DNA of 61,246 nucleotides, taken from contig CAMMWS010000003.1 of the NCBI GenBank assembly GCA_946500695.1, positions 1-61,246 of the forward strand, in the 5' to 3' direction. Below, piece after piece: positions 28,724 to 36,504 of the stretch. Each line of letters starts with the position of its first letter. Position 1 is the stretch's first letter. A program made the translations under genes and the position numbers. The notes below the pieces were generated by a model that was not told the DNA's origin, ran no database searches, and saw nothing but the letters and a program-made list of their open reading frames with translations. The DNA comes from an uncultured Mycoplasmatota bacterium (GTDB lineage Bacteria > Bacillota_I > Bacilli_A > RF39 > UBA660).

Positions 28724-28804
28724 AAACATTTCCCCTTTCTACCCCCCTGAAGTCAAGAGATATAGAAAGAGGCAAACACCCATTACTAAGTATTCCTAAC
28801 AGAT

Positions 28805-28833
28805 ATACTACTACATATGATATATATAATCAA
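28805..28833 (-). promoter_or_regulatory. Promoter of putative toxin mRNA 1
   Basis: Minus strand TTGATT-17-TAGTAT; same position as TTGTTT-17-TACTAT in copy 2. Confidence 0.55.
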
Positions 28834-28916
28834 TCGAACAAGATACATTTTTTAATAGAAAATTTGTTTTATATGTTTAAATATGATTAGGAGAATAAAA
28901 AGTTCTTCTTTTTTGG

Positions 28917-28945
28917 TTGTCTAGGTATTTCTCCTATGCTATAAT
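28917..28945 (+). promoter_or_regulatory. Promoter for the downstream gene, carried within the duplicated module
   Basis: TTGTCT-17-TATAAT with TG extension; also present in copy 2. Confidence 0.7.
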
Positions 28946-28965
28946 TTTGCTTGGAAGGTGATAGT

Positions 28966-29445
28966 ATGCATTTTTATAGTTTGGATCATGAAGCTTCTTT
29001 TGAGGATTTAAGAAAATTTAATTATCCTAATCAAAAGATCGGTGTAATTGCCCATATCGAAAACAAAGATGGAGAAATTTTACTACAACAAAGAGGAGTA
29101 AAATCGCGTGATGAAAATGGCCTTTATGAAGATATAGGTGGTAAAGAAGAATCAGGAGATGTGAACTTTTTATCAGCGATTAAGCGTGAAATTAAAGAAG
29201 AAACAGGTGATGAAATTAATTTAGCCTTTAGTGATTCTATAGGAATTTATCATTGCTATAAAAATGACATTAACTGGATTTTTATAATCTATTTTGTTAA
29301 ATATATTGAGGGGAATTTTAAAATAATGGAAAAGGATAAGTGTACTGATTTTCACTTTTTTAAATATGATGAGGCAATTAATTCAGAATTAGTTACGGAA
29401 AGTTGTAAATATTTAATTAAAAGCATAAAATGTAATTATAGATAG
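28966..29445 (+). CDS. NUDIX hydrolase
   Basis: GGKEESGDVNFLSAIKREIKEETG. Confidence 0.85.
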   Translation: MHFYSLDHEASFEDLRKFNYPNQKIGVIAHIENKDGEILLQQRGVKSRDENGLYEDIGGKEESGDVNFLSAIKREIKEETGDEINLAFSDSIGIYHCYKNDINWIFIIYFVKYIEGNFKIMEKDKCTDFHFFKYDEAINSELVTESCKYLIKSIKCNYR

Positions 29446-29489
29446 CAATTTAATTAATGATTGTGAAAAATGTTTTATTAACATAGCAC

Positions 29490-29518
29490 TTGAAAATAAT
29501 ATATATTTATGATACTAT
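29490..29518 (+). promoter_or_regulatory. Promoter of putative antisense RNA 2
   Basis: TTGAAA-17-TACTAT with TG extension. Confidence 0.7.
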
Positions 29519-29524
29519 GAATAT

Positions 29525-29643
29525 GTAAAAGAAATTTACATAAACTAAAAAAGAGGAAATACCTAGTTTTGTAGATGGGTATTTACCTCAAAAAAATCTT
29601 GTGTAAACACCCTAGTTACAATGATGTAATAGGGTGTCTTTTT
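29525..29643 (+). ncRNA. Putative antisense antitoxin RNA 2 (type I TA)
   Basis: Terminal hairpin ACACCCTAGTTACA/TGTAATAGGGTGT plus T tract; converges on the peptide ORF. Confidence 0.6.
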
Positions 29644-29710
29644 ATCTATAAATAATTAAAAGAATTATAATAAGTAATAATATTACTATTAAAGTATCTT
29701 TCTTACTCAT
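29642..29710 (-). CDS. 22-aa hydrophobic peptide MSKKDTLIVILLLIIILLIIYR, putative type I toxin
   Basis: SD AGAAAGGGG; differs from copy 1 only by S>T, L>V, one silent change and TAG>TAA. Confidence 0.75.
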   Translation of the reverse strand: MSKKDTLIVILLLIIILLIIYR

Positions 29711-29788
29711 AAACATTTCCCCTTTCTAACCCCCTAAAATTAAGAGATAGAAAGAGGCAAACACCCATACTAGGTAATTCCTAAGTTA

Positions 29789-29817
29789 ATAGTATCATAC
29801 TTTTATTTATAAAACAA
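29789..29817 (-). promoter_or_regulatory. Promoter of putative toxin mRNA 2
   Basis: Minus strand TTGTTT-17-TACTAT with TG extension. Confidence 0.6.
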
Positions 29818-29950
29818 TCGAACAAGATACATTTTTTAATAGAAAATTTGTTTTATATATTTAAATATGATTAGGAGAATAAAAAGTTCTTCTTTTTTTG
29901 TTGTCTAGGTATTTCTCCTATGCTATAATTTTGCTTGGAAGAGGTGGATT

Positions 29951-30706
29951 ATGTTAGAAGTTAAAGACTTAAAGAAGAAGTTTGTTAAGTATAATGCTAA
30001 ACGTAAAAAAGAAGAGTTTTATGCTGATAATGGTATTAGTTTTAAAGCTAAAGATGGAGAAATCATCGGAATATTAGGACCAAATGGGGCAGGAAAGACA
30101 ACATTACTTAGAATGATTGCAGGAATTCTTGAACCTACTAGTGGAACTATTTCTTTTGGAAAATTAGACTATCTTCATAACGAGATAGAAATAAAGAAAA
30201 ATATTGCCTATTTATCAGGTAATACTAAACTATATAATACTTTATCTTGTTATGAGTTATTAAAAATGTGTGGAAATATTTATGGAGTAGAGGAAAGTAA
30301 ATTAGAGGAGAGAATAAAAGAAATATCTAAGAAGTTAAATATGGATAGTTTCATGTATAATAGAATTGAAAACTTATCAACAGGACAAACTCAAAGAGTT
30401 AATATTGCAAGATGTTTAGTTCATGATCCTAAATACTATATTTTAGATGAAGCGACTAGTGGGCTTGATATTATTTCTAGTCAAATTATTTTAGACTTTA
30501 TTAAAGAAGAAAAGAAACGTGGTAAGATAATTTTATATTCTACCCATTATATGGAAGAAGCTGAAAATATTTGTGATAATGTTATTATGATTAATAAAGG
30601 TATTGTAATTAAAGAAGGTACTCCTAGTGAAATAAAAAAATCTACTAAAACTACTAATTTAAGAGATGCTTTCTTTACTTTAATAGGAGGTGTTTCTAAT
30701 GAGTAA
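29951..30706 (+). CDS. ABC transporter ATP-binding protein (NatA-like)
   Basis: GPNGAGKT, LSTGQ, LDEATSGLD, STHYMEE. Confidence 0.88.
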   Translation: MLEVKDLKKKFVKYNAKRKKEEFYADNGISFKAKDGEIIGILGPNGAGKTTLLRMIAGILEPTSGTISFGKLDYLHNEIEIKKNIAYLSGNTKLYNTLSCYELLKMCGNIYGVEESKLEERIKEISKKLNMDSFMYNRIENLSTGQTQRVNIARCLVHDPKYYILDEATSGLDIISSQIILDFIKEEKKRGKIILYSTHYMEEAENICDNVIMINKGIVIKEGTPSEIKKSTKTTNLRDAFFTLIGGVSNE

Positions 30707-31838
30707 TTTAGGTAATATTTTAAAGAAAGAATTAAGAGAGATGTTTCGTGATAAGAAATCTCTTATGATGATGTTAATTATTCCTATTTTAATACCTGCA
30801 TTAATAATAGGTATGTCTGCTTTATTTGAAGCACAAACTAATAAGCCTATAACTGATTATAATAAAATAGGTTTTGATTATGAATTAAGTGAGATGGAAA
30901 AAGATATTGCAGATAACTTAGATATAGAAGTTATTAGTGGAAGTAATGAAGAGTTAGAAAATAAGTATAGTAATGGAGAAATAGATTTATATATCACAAA
31001 AGATGGTAGTACTTATACTATAAATGGTGAAGATAATGAGACTACTAGTTATGCTACAAGTTTAATGGATACTTACTTTGCTACTTATAAAGAAGCATTA
31101 CAAACAAATTATTTAGCTAGTAATAATATAAATCCTAGTGATGTTACTTCTATTATTACTGTTAATAAAGATATAAAAGAAACAGAGAACTTTTATGGTA
31201 ATTATATTGTAAATTATGGTTTTCTCTTTATAATTATGGCTATTACTATATCTGCTACTTATCCTGCTACTGATACAACAGCAGGGGAAAAAGAAAGAGG
31301 AACACTTGAAACATTACTTACTTTTCCAATTAAAAGTAGAGATATAATTATTGGTAAGTTCTTAAGTGTCTCTTTATCATCAATTATTACAGGTATTGTT
31401 AGTTTAATATTAATGTTAATCTCACTAGCGTATGCTAATGGTGCATTTGAAATATATAAAGATACTAATTTAATGCTATCTACTAGTAGTTTAATCTTTT
31501 CAATATTAGTAATTATCGCTTATTCGCTACTAGTTAGTGGATTATGTATTGCTATTGCAAGTAAATCTAAAACCTTTAAAGAAGCTCAAAGTGCTTTAAC
31601 ACCATTAACATTTATATGTTTCTTTCCAGGTATGATAGCTTTCATGGCTGGGGTTAGTTCATCACCGCTACTTTCATTAGTACCTTTCTTAAACTTTACA
31701 CTGTTATTTCAAGATATAGTTGTAGGAAATATAGATATTGTTAATATCTTATTAATGAGTATATCAACAATTGTCATTATTACATTAGTTTTAGTAGTAA
31801 TAATTAAACAATATAAGAGTGAAAAAGTATTATTTTAG
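30699..31838 (+). CDS. ABC-2 type permease (NatB-like)
   Basis: KELREMFRDKKS, AGEKERGTLETLLTFP, SKTFKEAQS; multiple TM helices. Confidence 0.85.
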   Translation: MSNLGNILKKELREMFRDKKSLMMMLIIPILIPALIIGMSALFEAQTNKPITDYNKIGFDYELSEMEKDIADNLDIEVISGSNEELENKYSNGEIDLYITKDGSTYTINGEDNETTSYATSLMDTYFATYKEALQTNYLASNNINPSDVTSIITVNKDIKETENFYGNYIVNYGFLFIIMAITISATYPATDTTAGEKERGTLETLLTFPIKSRDIIIGKFLSVSLSSIITGIVSLILMLISLAYANGAFEIYKDTNLMLSTSSLIFSILVIIAYSLLVSGLCIAIASKSKTFKEAQSALTPLTFICFFPGMIAFMAGVSSSPLLSLVPFLNFTLLFQDIVVGNIDIVNILLMSISTIVIITLVLVVIIKQYKSEKVLF

Positions 31839-31842
31839 ACCG

Positions 31843-31889
31843 GTTATCGACCAATTTTGAGTAGCAATATATCAAAAATGGTCGATAAC
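31843..31889. repeat. 18-bp inverted repeat abutting a promoter
   Basis: GTTATCGACCAATTTTGA-N11-TCAAAAATGGTCGATAAC, one mismatch. Confidence 0.8.
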
Positions 31890-31918
31890 TTGACTATTTA
31901 TGCCATGTAGTATATAAT
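31890..31918 (+). promoter_or_regulatory. Sigma-70 promoter of the AAA/DUF4143 gene
   Basis: TTGACT-17-TATAAT. Confidence 0.75.
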
Positions 31919-31936
31919 TAATATAGGCGAAGAACA

Positions 31937-33169
31937 ATGGAAAAGTTATATAAAAGAGAAGATTATTTAAATAAGATTAGAGGCTTTTATGATGATACAA
32001 TGATAAAAGTAATTACAGGTATTAGAAGATGTGGTAAATCTTATTTGTTAAAAACAGTTATAGAGGAATTAAAAGATAAAGGAGTAAAAGATAAAGATAT
32101 TATTTATATTGAATTAGATAGAAAAGAATATAAAGATGTTAAAACTTCTAAAGAACTTGAAAAGTTCATTGATGATTTAATAAAAGATAATGATTTTAAA
32201 TATCTCTTTATCGATGAAGTAGAAAATGTTAGTGATTTTGAATCTGTTGTTAATGCTTACAGAGAAGAAGGTAATTTTTCAATATTTTTAACAGGATCAA
32301 ACTCATATTTACTTAGTGGAGAGCTTGTGACTAAATTAACTGGAAGATATATTGAGATAGAAATGTTACCACTTAACTTTTATGAATATGTTGATATGAA
32401 AAAGTTTCTTAATAAAAGCATTAATTCTAATATTTATTTAGAATTTGAAGAATTTATAAGAAATGGCGGTTTTCCAGGTTCATTATATTATGAAAAATAT
32501 GAAGATAAATTATTATATACTAGAAATGTTATAGGGCAAATTTTCGATAAAGATATTAAAAGTCATAAAAAAATAAAAGATAAAGATTTATTTGAAGTAA
32601 TACAAAACTTTGTTGTAAATAATTTTGGTTCTGTTATTAGTGTAGGTAGTATATATGATTATTTAGTAGGACAAAAAATAAATGTTGATAGGAGAACTAT
32701 TAAAACATATATAGAAATTTTAGAAAATGCTAAGATTATATATTCATGCGATTTATTTGATATGAAATCAAAAAAAGTATTAGAAGTAGAAAAGAAGTAT
32801 TATTTAGCAGATTTAAGTATATATTATGCCTTAAATACTGATAATAGAATTAATTATGGACCTGTTTTAGAAAATGTACTATTTTCATATCTGAAAACTA
32901 AAGGTTATAGTTTAAGTGTAGGTAGAATAGGAAATTTAGAATGTGATTTTATTGCAAGACGTGGTGTAGATGAGTATTTTTATATTCAAGTTACTAAAAA
33001 TATAGATGATGAGAAAACTGTTGAAAGAGAATATAAACCATTTTATAAAATAAAGGAAATGTACCCTAGATATCTATTTGTATCAGACTTAGTATTACAA
33101 AGAAATGTAGAAGGTATTAAAAATGTTAATATAGTAGATTTTATTTATAATAAAGAAGATTTAAAATAG
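31937..33169 (+). CDS. AAA_14 ATPase with DUF4143 domain
   Basis: GIRRCGKS, FIDEVE, TGSNS, GGFP, KYYLADL, LENVLF, ECDFIA, YIQVT. Confidence 0.88.
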   Translation: MEKLYKREDYLNKIRGFYDDTMIKVITGIRRCGKSYLLKTVIEELKDKGVKDKDIIYIELDRKEYKDVKTSKELEKFIDDLIKDNDFKYLFIDEVENVSDFESVVNAYREEGNFSIFLTGSNSYLLSGELVTKLTGRYIEIEMLPLNFYEYVDMKKFLNKSINSNIYLEFEEFIRNGGFPGSLYYEKYEDKLLYTRNVIGQIFDKDIKSHKKIKDKDLFEVIQNFVVNNFGSVISVGSIYDYLVGQKINVDRRTIKTYIEILENAKIIYSCDLFDMKSKKVLEVEKKYYLADLSIYYALNTDNRINYGPVLENVLFSYLKTKGYSLSVGRIGNLECDFIARRGVDEYFYIQVTKNIDDEKTVEREYKPFYKIKEMYPRYLFVSDLVLQRNVEGIKNVNIVDFIYNKEDLK

Positions 33170-33217
33170 GGCTTTTAAGAGTTCTATTTTTCTTGTTATA
33201 ATTCTAATTGAAAGAAA

Positions 33218-33715
33218 GTGATTATATTGAAGATATATATTATAGGACCACCTGCTTCAGGTAAAACAACTTTATCAAAAATATTAAGTAAAAAATATAA
33301 TATAGAAAGTTATGAACTTGATAAATTAGTTTTTGATGATCTTAATAATCATATTAGAAGAGATGATGAAACTATTATGAAAATGTTTAATGATATTTTA
33401 TCTAAAGATTCTTTTATAATAGAAGATGTAGGTAGAAGTAAATTTATTGAAGGATTAGAAAAATGTGATAAGATATATTATATAAGTTTAAATAAAAGTG
33501 AAGTTTATAAAAGAGTTATAAGACGGTGGTTTAATCAAAGAAAAGGTAAGGAAGAGTATAATTATCCACCAACATTGGCACAGTTAATAGATATGTTTAG
33601 AGTTGTTAATAGTTATTATAAGAAAGAAAAGAAGAAGTTAGATTATATAAATAAATTTAAAGAAAAAGTTGTTTATTTAGATAAGGATAAATTAAATGAG
33701 TTAGAAAATAGATAA
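33218..33715 (+). CDS. P-loop kinase (adenylate kinase/FlaR-like)
   Basis: IYIIGPPASGKTTLSKIL, ELD. Confidence 0.75.
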   Translation: MIILKIYIIGPPASGKTTLSKILSKKYNIESYELDKLVFDDLNNHIRRDDETIMKMFNDILSKDSFIIEDVGRSKFIEGLEKCDKIYYISLNKSEVYKRVIRRWFNQRKGKEEYNYPPTLAQLIDMFRVVNSYYKKEKKKLDYINKFKEKVVYLDKDKLNELENR

Positions 33716-33718
33716 GGA

Positions 33719-34204
33719 GTGAAAGTTATGTCATTAAAAAATGCAAAAGAACATTTAGGAAAATATGGATTAGATAATAAAATAAAAGAATTTGATACAT
33801 CATCTGCAACGGTGAAGGAAGCAGCACTTGCTTTAAACTGTAAAGAAGCTGAAATTGCTAAGACTTTATCATTTTTAGTAAATAATAAACCTATATTAAT
33901 AGTAGCAGCAGGTAATAGAAAGATAGATAATGCTAAATATAAAAGTAAATTTAATGAGAAAGCAAAAATGCTTAAAACTGATGAGGTAGAACCTTTTATT
34001 GGGCATAAAGTAGGAGGAGTTTGTCCTTTTGGTATAAATGATGGTGTTGATGTTTATTTAGATATCTCATTAAAAGATTTTGATATAGTCTATCCTGCTT
34101 GTGGTAGTAGCAATAGTACTGTAAAGCTTACTATTAAAGAGTTAGAAGAAGCATCTGATTATAAAGAATGGATAGATGTATGTAAAATAATAGAAGAAGG
34201 TTAA
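33719..34204 (+). CDS. YbaK/EbsC family aminoacyl-tRNA deacylase
   Basis: IAKTL, GHKVGGVCPFG, VYLDISL, PACGS. Confidence 0.88.
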   Translation: MKVMSLKNAKEHLGKYGLDNKIKEFDTSSATVKEAALALNCKEAEIAKTLSFLVNNKPILIVAAGNRKIDNAKYKSKFNEKAKMLKTDEVEPFIGHKVGGVCPFGINDGVDVYLDISLKDFDIVYPACGSSNSTVKLTIKELEEASDYKEWIDVCKIIEEG

Positions 34205-34209
34205 AGTAT

Positions 34210-34971
34210 ATGAAAAATATTTTATTATTATCATTTTTACTTTTATTAGTAGTTATTTCTTGTAATGTTATAGTAGTAAATGCTAAAGAAATATCTTATG
34301 ATAATTCTATAACTATTTTAAGAGCAGGGGGAGGAAGTAGTGGATCTCATTCAAGCTCTGGTGGTTCTAGTAGTAGTAGACATTATGGAAGAAGAGGTTA
34401 TAGTAGTCCTCTTTCTAATATTATTTCTGCTATAATATTTATCATTATAATATTTGCATCCACTATAATCTTATATTTTAAAGTACTAAGAGCATCTTTT
34501 AATAGTAAGAGATATTTAAAGCTTTTAGACAATAAGGATATTACCTTTAAATATAAAACTATTGAAAAAAGAGTAATAGAAACATTCTATGTTGTAGAGG
34601 AAGCTTGGACTAATAATGATATCAGTAAAGCGAAAGACTATATGGATAAAGATTTATATGAGAGTTTTAAGTCTAAACTTGAGTGGATGGATATTAATAA
34701 TAGAAGAAATATCTTAAAGAAAATAAGATTAGTTAATCTAAAACCAGTATCTGTTTATGATGATAACGATGATAAAAAAGACTTAATATGGTTTTATATA
34801 AAAGGAAAAACGATAGATTATATTGTTGATACTAAGACAAAGAATATAGTCAGTGGAGATACTAAAAATAGATCTTTTGTAGAGTTTTGGAAATTTGTAA
34901 AAAATGAAAATAATAACTGGGTATTAAGTGAAATATTACAAGAGGATGAGAGTAAAAAGATAGGGTTATAA
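34210..34971 (+). CDS. Tim44-like domain membrane protein
   Basis: Signal peptide, RAGGG G/S-rich linker, TM helix, C-terminal FVEFWKFVK...WVLSEI. Confidence 0.75.
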   Translation: MKNILLLSFLLLLVVISCNVIVVNAKEISYDNSITILRAGGGSSGSHSSSGGSSSSRHYGRRGYSSPLSNIISAIIFIIIIFASTIILYFKVLRASFNSKRYLKLLDNKDITFKYKTIEKRVIETFYVVEEAWTNNDISKAKDYMDKDLYESFKSKLEWMDINNRRNILKKIRLVNLKPVSVYDDNDDKKDLIWFYIKGKTIDYIVDTKTKNIVSGDTKNRSFVEFWKFVKNENNNWVLSEILQEDESKKIGL

Positions 34972-34974
34972 AAT

Positions 34975-35005
34975 AAAAGATAGTAGTTTTTTAACTACTA
35001 CTTTT
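34975..35005. terminator. Bidirectional intrinsic terminator
   Basis: TAGTAGTT/AACTACTA stem flanked by A and T runs, between convergent genes. Confidence 0.65.
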
Positions 35006-35267
35006 AGTCTCCAAACATTTCAAAGATTTCACTCATAAATGACTCTCTTTTTTGCTTTCTAGGTTTCTCTTCATAATGTTTTGTTTCTTTGTGAGAACTT
35101 TCTTTAACTTCTTTATTTATATAAGCATCTTCTTTTTCCATAATTTTTTCAAGTTCTCCACGGTCTAACCAGATACCACGGCACTCTGGACAATAATCTA
35201 TTTCTACACCTTTCTTTTCACTCATTAGTAGAGTAACATCTTTACAAACTGGACATTTCATAAACAT
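35004..35267 (-). CDS. zf-TFIIB zinc-finger domain protein
   Basis: CPVC...GVEIDYCPECRGIWLDRGELEKI. Confidence 0.88.
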   Translation of the reverse strand: MFMKCPVCKDVTLLMSEKKGVEIDYCPECRGIWLDRGELEKIMEKEDAYINKEVKESSHKETKHYEEKPRKQKRESFMSEIFEMFGD

Positions 35268-35354
35268 CTTCCTTTCTTTTTGTTTTATTATAACATTATG
35301 TTAAAATGCTAGTAAATAGTAAAGTTATACTATATAATTAATTTAGGTGATAAC

Positions 35355-35642
35355 ATGTTTAAAGTTGAAGAGAATAGAACAATATATTTAGATGATAAAG
35401 GTAATATTTTAGGAGAAGTAGATTATCCATATATATCTTCTAATGTCGTAGATGTTAATCATACTTATGTTGATATAAGTTTAAGAGGAAAAGGTATTGC
35501 AAGTCTTCTTTTAACTCATGCTTTTAATTATTTTAAAGAAAATAACATCAAAGTAAAATGTAGTTGTTCTTATGCTATTAAGTGGATTAATAATCATGAA
35601 GAGTACTCTGATCTAGTTATTGATTTAGTTAATGTTTCATAA
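35355..35642 (+). CDS. GNAT acetyltransferase (YjdJ-like)
   Basis: HTYVDISLRGKGIA...CSCSYA. Confidence 0.85.
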   Translation: MFKVEENRTIYLDDKGNILGEVDYPYISSNVVDVNHTYVDISLRGKGIASLLLTHAFNYFKENNIKVKCSCSYAIKWINNHEEYSDLVIDLVNVS

Positions 35643-35684
35643 TTAGCCCATAGTTTTCCCATAATCTTCTTTTATACTTAAATT

Positions 35685-35942
35685 ATGAAAGGAGGAGATT
35701 ATATCGTAAATATTAAAGTTATAGGTGCTAATTGTAGTAATGGTATGAAAATATTAAAAAACTTATCTAAAGTAGAACGTGAACTTGATATGGAATTTAA
35801 TATTGAAAAGATAGATTCTACTTATAAGAAGAAGTATAACATAAATGTCATTCCGGCTCTTATGATAGAAGATAAAGTAGTCTCTACTGGTAATGTTTTA
35901 ACTGATAGAGAAATAAAAAATTATGTAAAAGAGCTTGTATAA
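35685..35942 (+). CDS. Thioredoxin-like small protein (start codon uncertain)
   Basis: IKVIGANC...PALMIEDKVVSTG; only one Cys of the CxxC motif. Confidence 0.7.
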   Translation: MKGGDYIVNIKVIGANCSNGMKILKNLSKVERELDMEFNIEKIDSTYKKKYNINVIPALMIEDKVVSTGNVLTDREIKNYVKELV

Positions 35943-35985
35943 ATGAAAAGGACTCTAATTATTTAGAGTTCTTTTGCTTATAAAA

Positions 35986-36402
35986 TTATCTATTAGCTGA
36001 ACGTTTAGTATAACTAGTATTGTTTTCTATCACTTCAGGTGTAGTAGCTTTAGTAAGTTCTTGTTCATATAAAGTTCCCATATTTTCGCTAGTAATATTA
36101 TGTTCTTTGATATAATCAGAATCAGATATCTTTTTCATAAAATTAATTATTCCATTTTTTTTCTTACTAAGATTTTCATCTTCTGTTGTTGTAAGACAAA
36201 TAGGATTATTAGTATATAAACTCCAAGCAAAACTAGAAGCATCTTTGATTCTTAAAACTCCACTATCTAAAGCTTCCTTAAAGTATTGTTGATATTCATC
36301 CCAATCTCTAAAAAATTGTTGATACATAATTAAACTTCTATTGATAACAAAAAGATTTTGTTTTATTAACATATCATTATTATTATTTTCTTTATTACTC
36401 AT
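35986..36402 (-). CDS. Hypothetical protein, paralog of 38941..39324
   Basis: SD AAGGAGGA; shared motifs QQYF and KK.GI..F.KKISD.DYIK. Confidence 0.7.
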   Translation of the reverse strand: MSNKENNNNDMLIKQNLFVINRSLIMYQQFFRDWDEYQQYFKEALDSGVLRIKDASSFAWSLYTNNPICLTTTEDENLSKKKNGIINFMKKISDSDYIKEHNITSENMGTLYEQELTKATTPEVIENNTSYTKRSANR

Positions 36403-36504
36403 AAAATTTAATTCCTCCTTCATAAATCGTACATATTATATCACACTTTTTTATTTTTGTCTAGCTTTTGTTACATATAAAAAGAACTCTGATTAGAGTT
36501 CTCA

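Larger units (their letters stand above)
28500..28957. repeat. Copy 1 of a ~450-bp duplicated module
   Basis: Aligns along its length with 29488-29941, including long identical blocks. Confidence 0.9.
29488..29941. repeat. Copy 2 of the duplicated module
   Basis: Aligns with 28500-28957. Confidence 0.9.

Noticed and set aside
28835-28848. CGAAC as a LexA (SOS) box upstream of the toxin promoters (also 29819)
   Set aside because: Only a half site; the GTTC arm of CGAAC-N4-GTTCG is missing
35685-35708. Non-canonical GTA start for the thioredoxin-like gene
   Set aside because: The SD spacing hints at it, but an in-frame ATG exists at 35685 and a point mutation or error cannot be excluded; too weak to report
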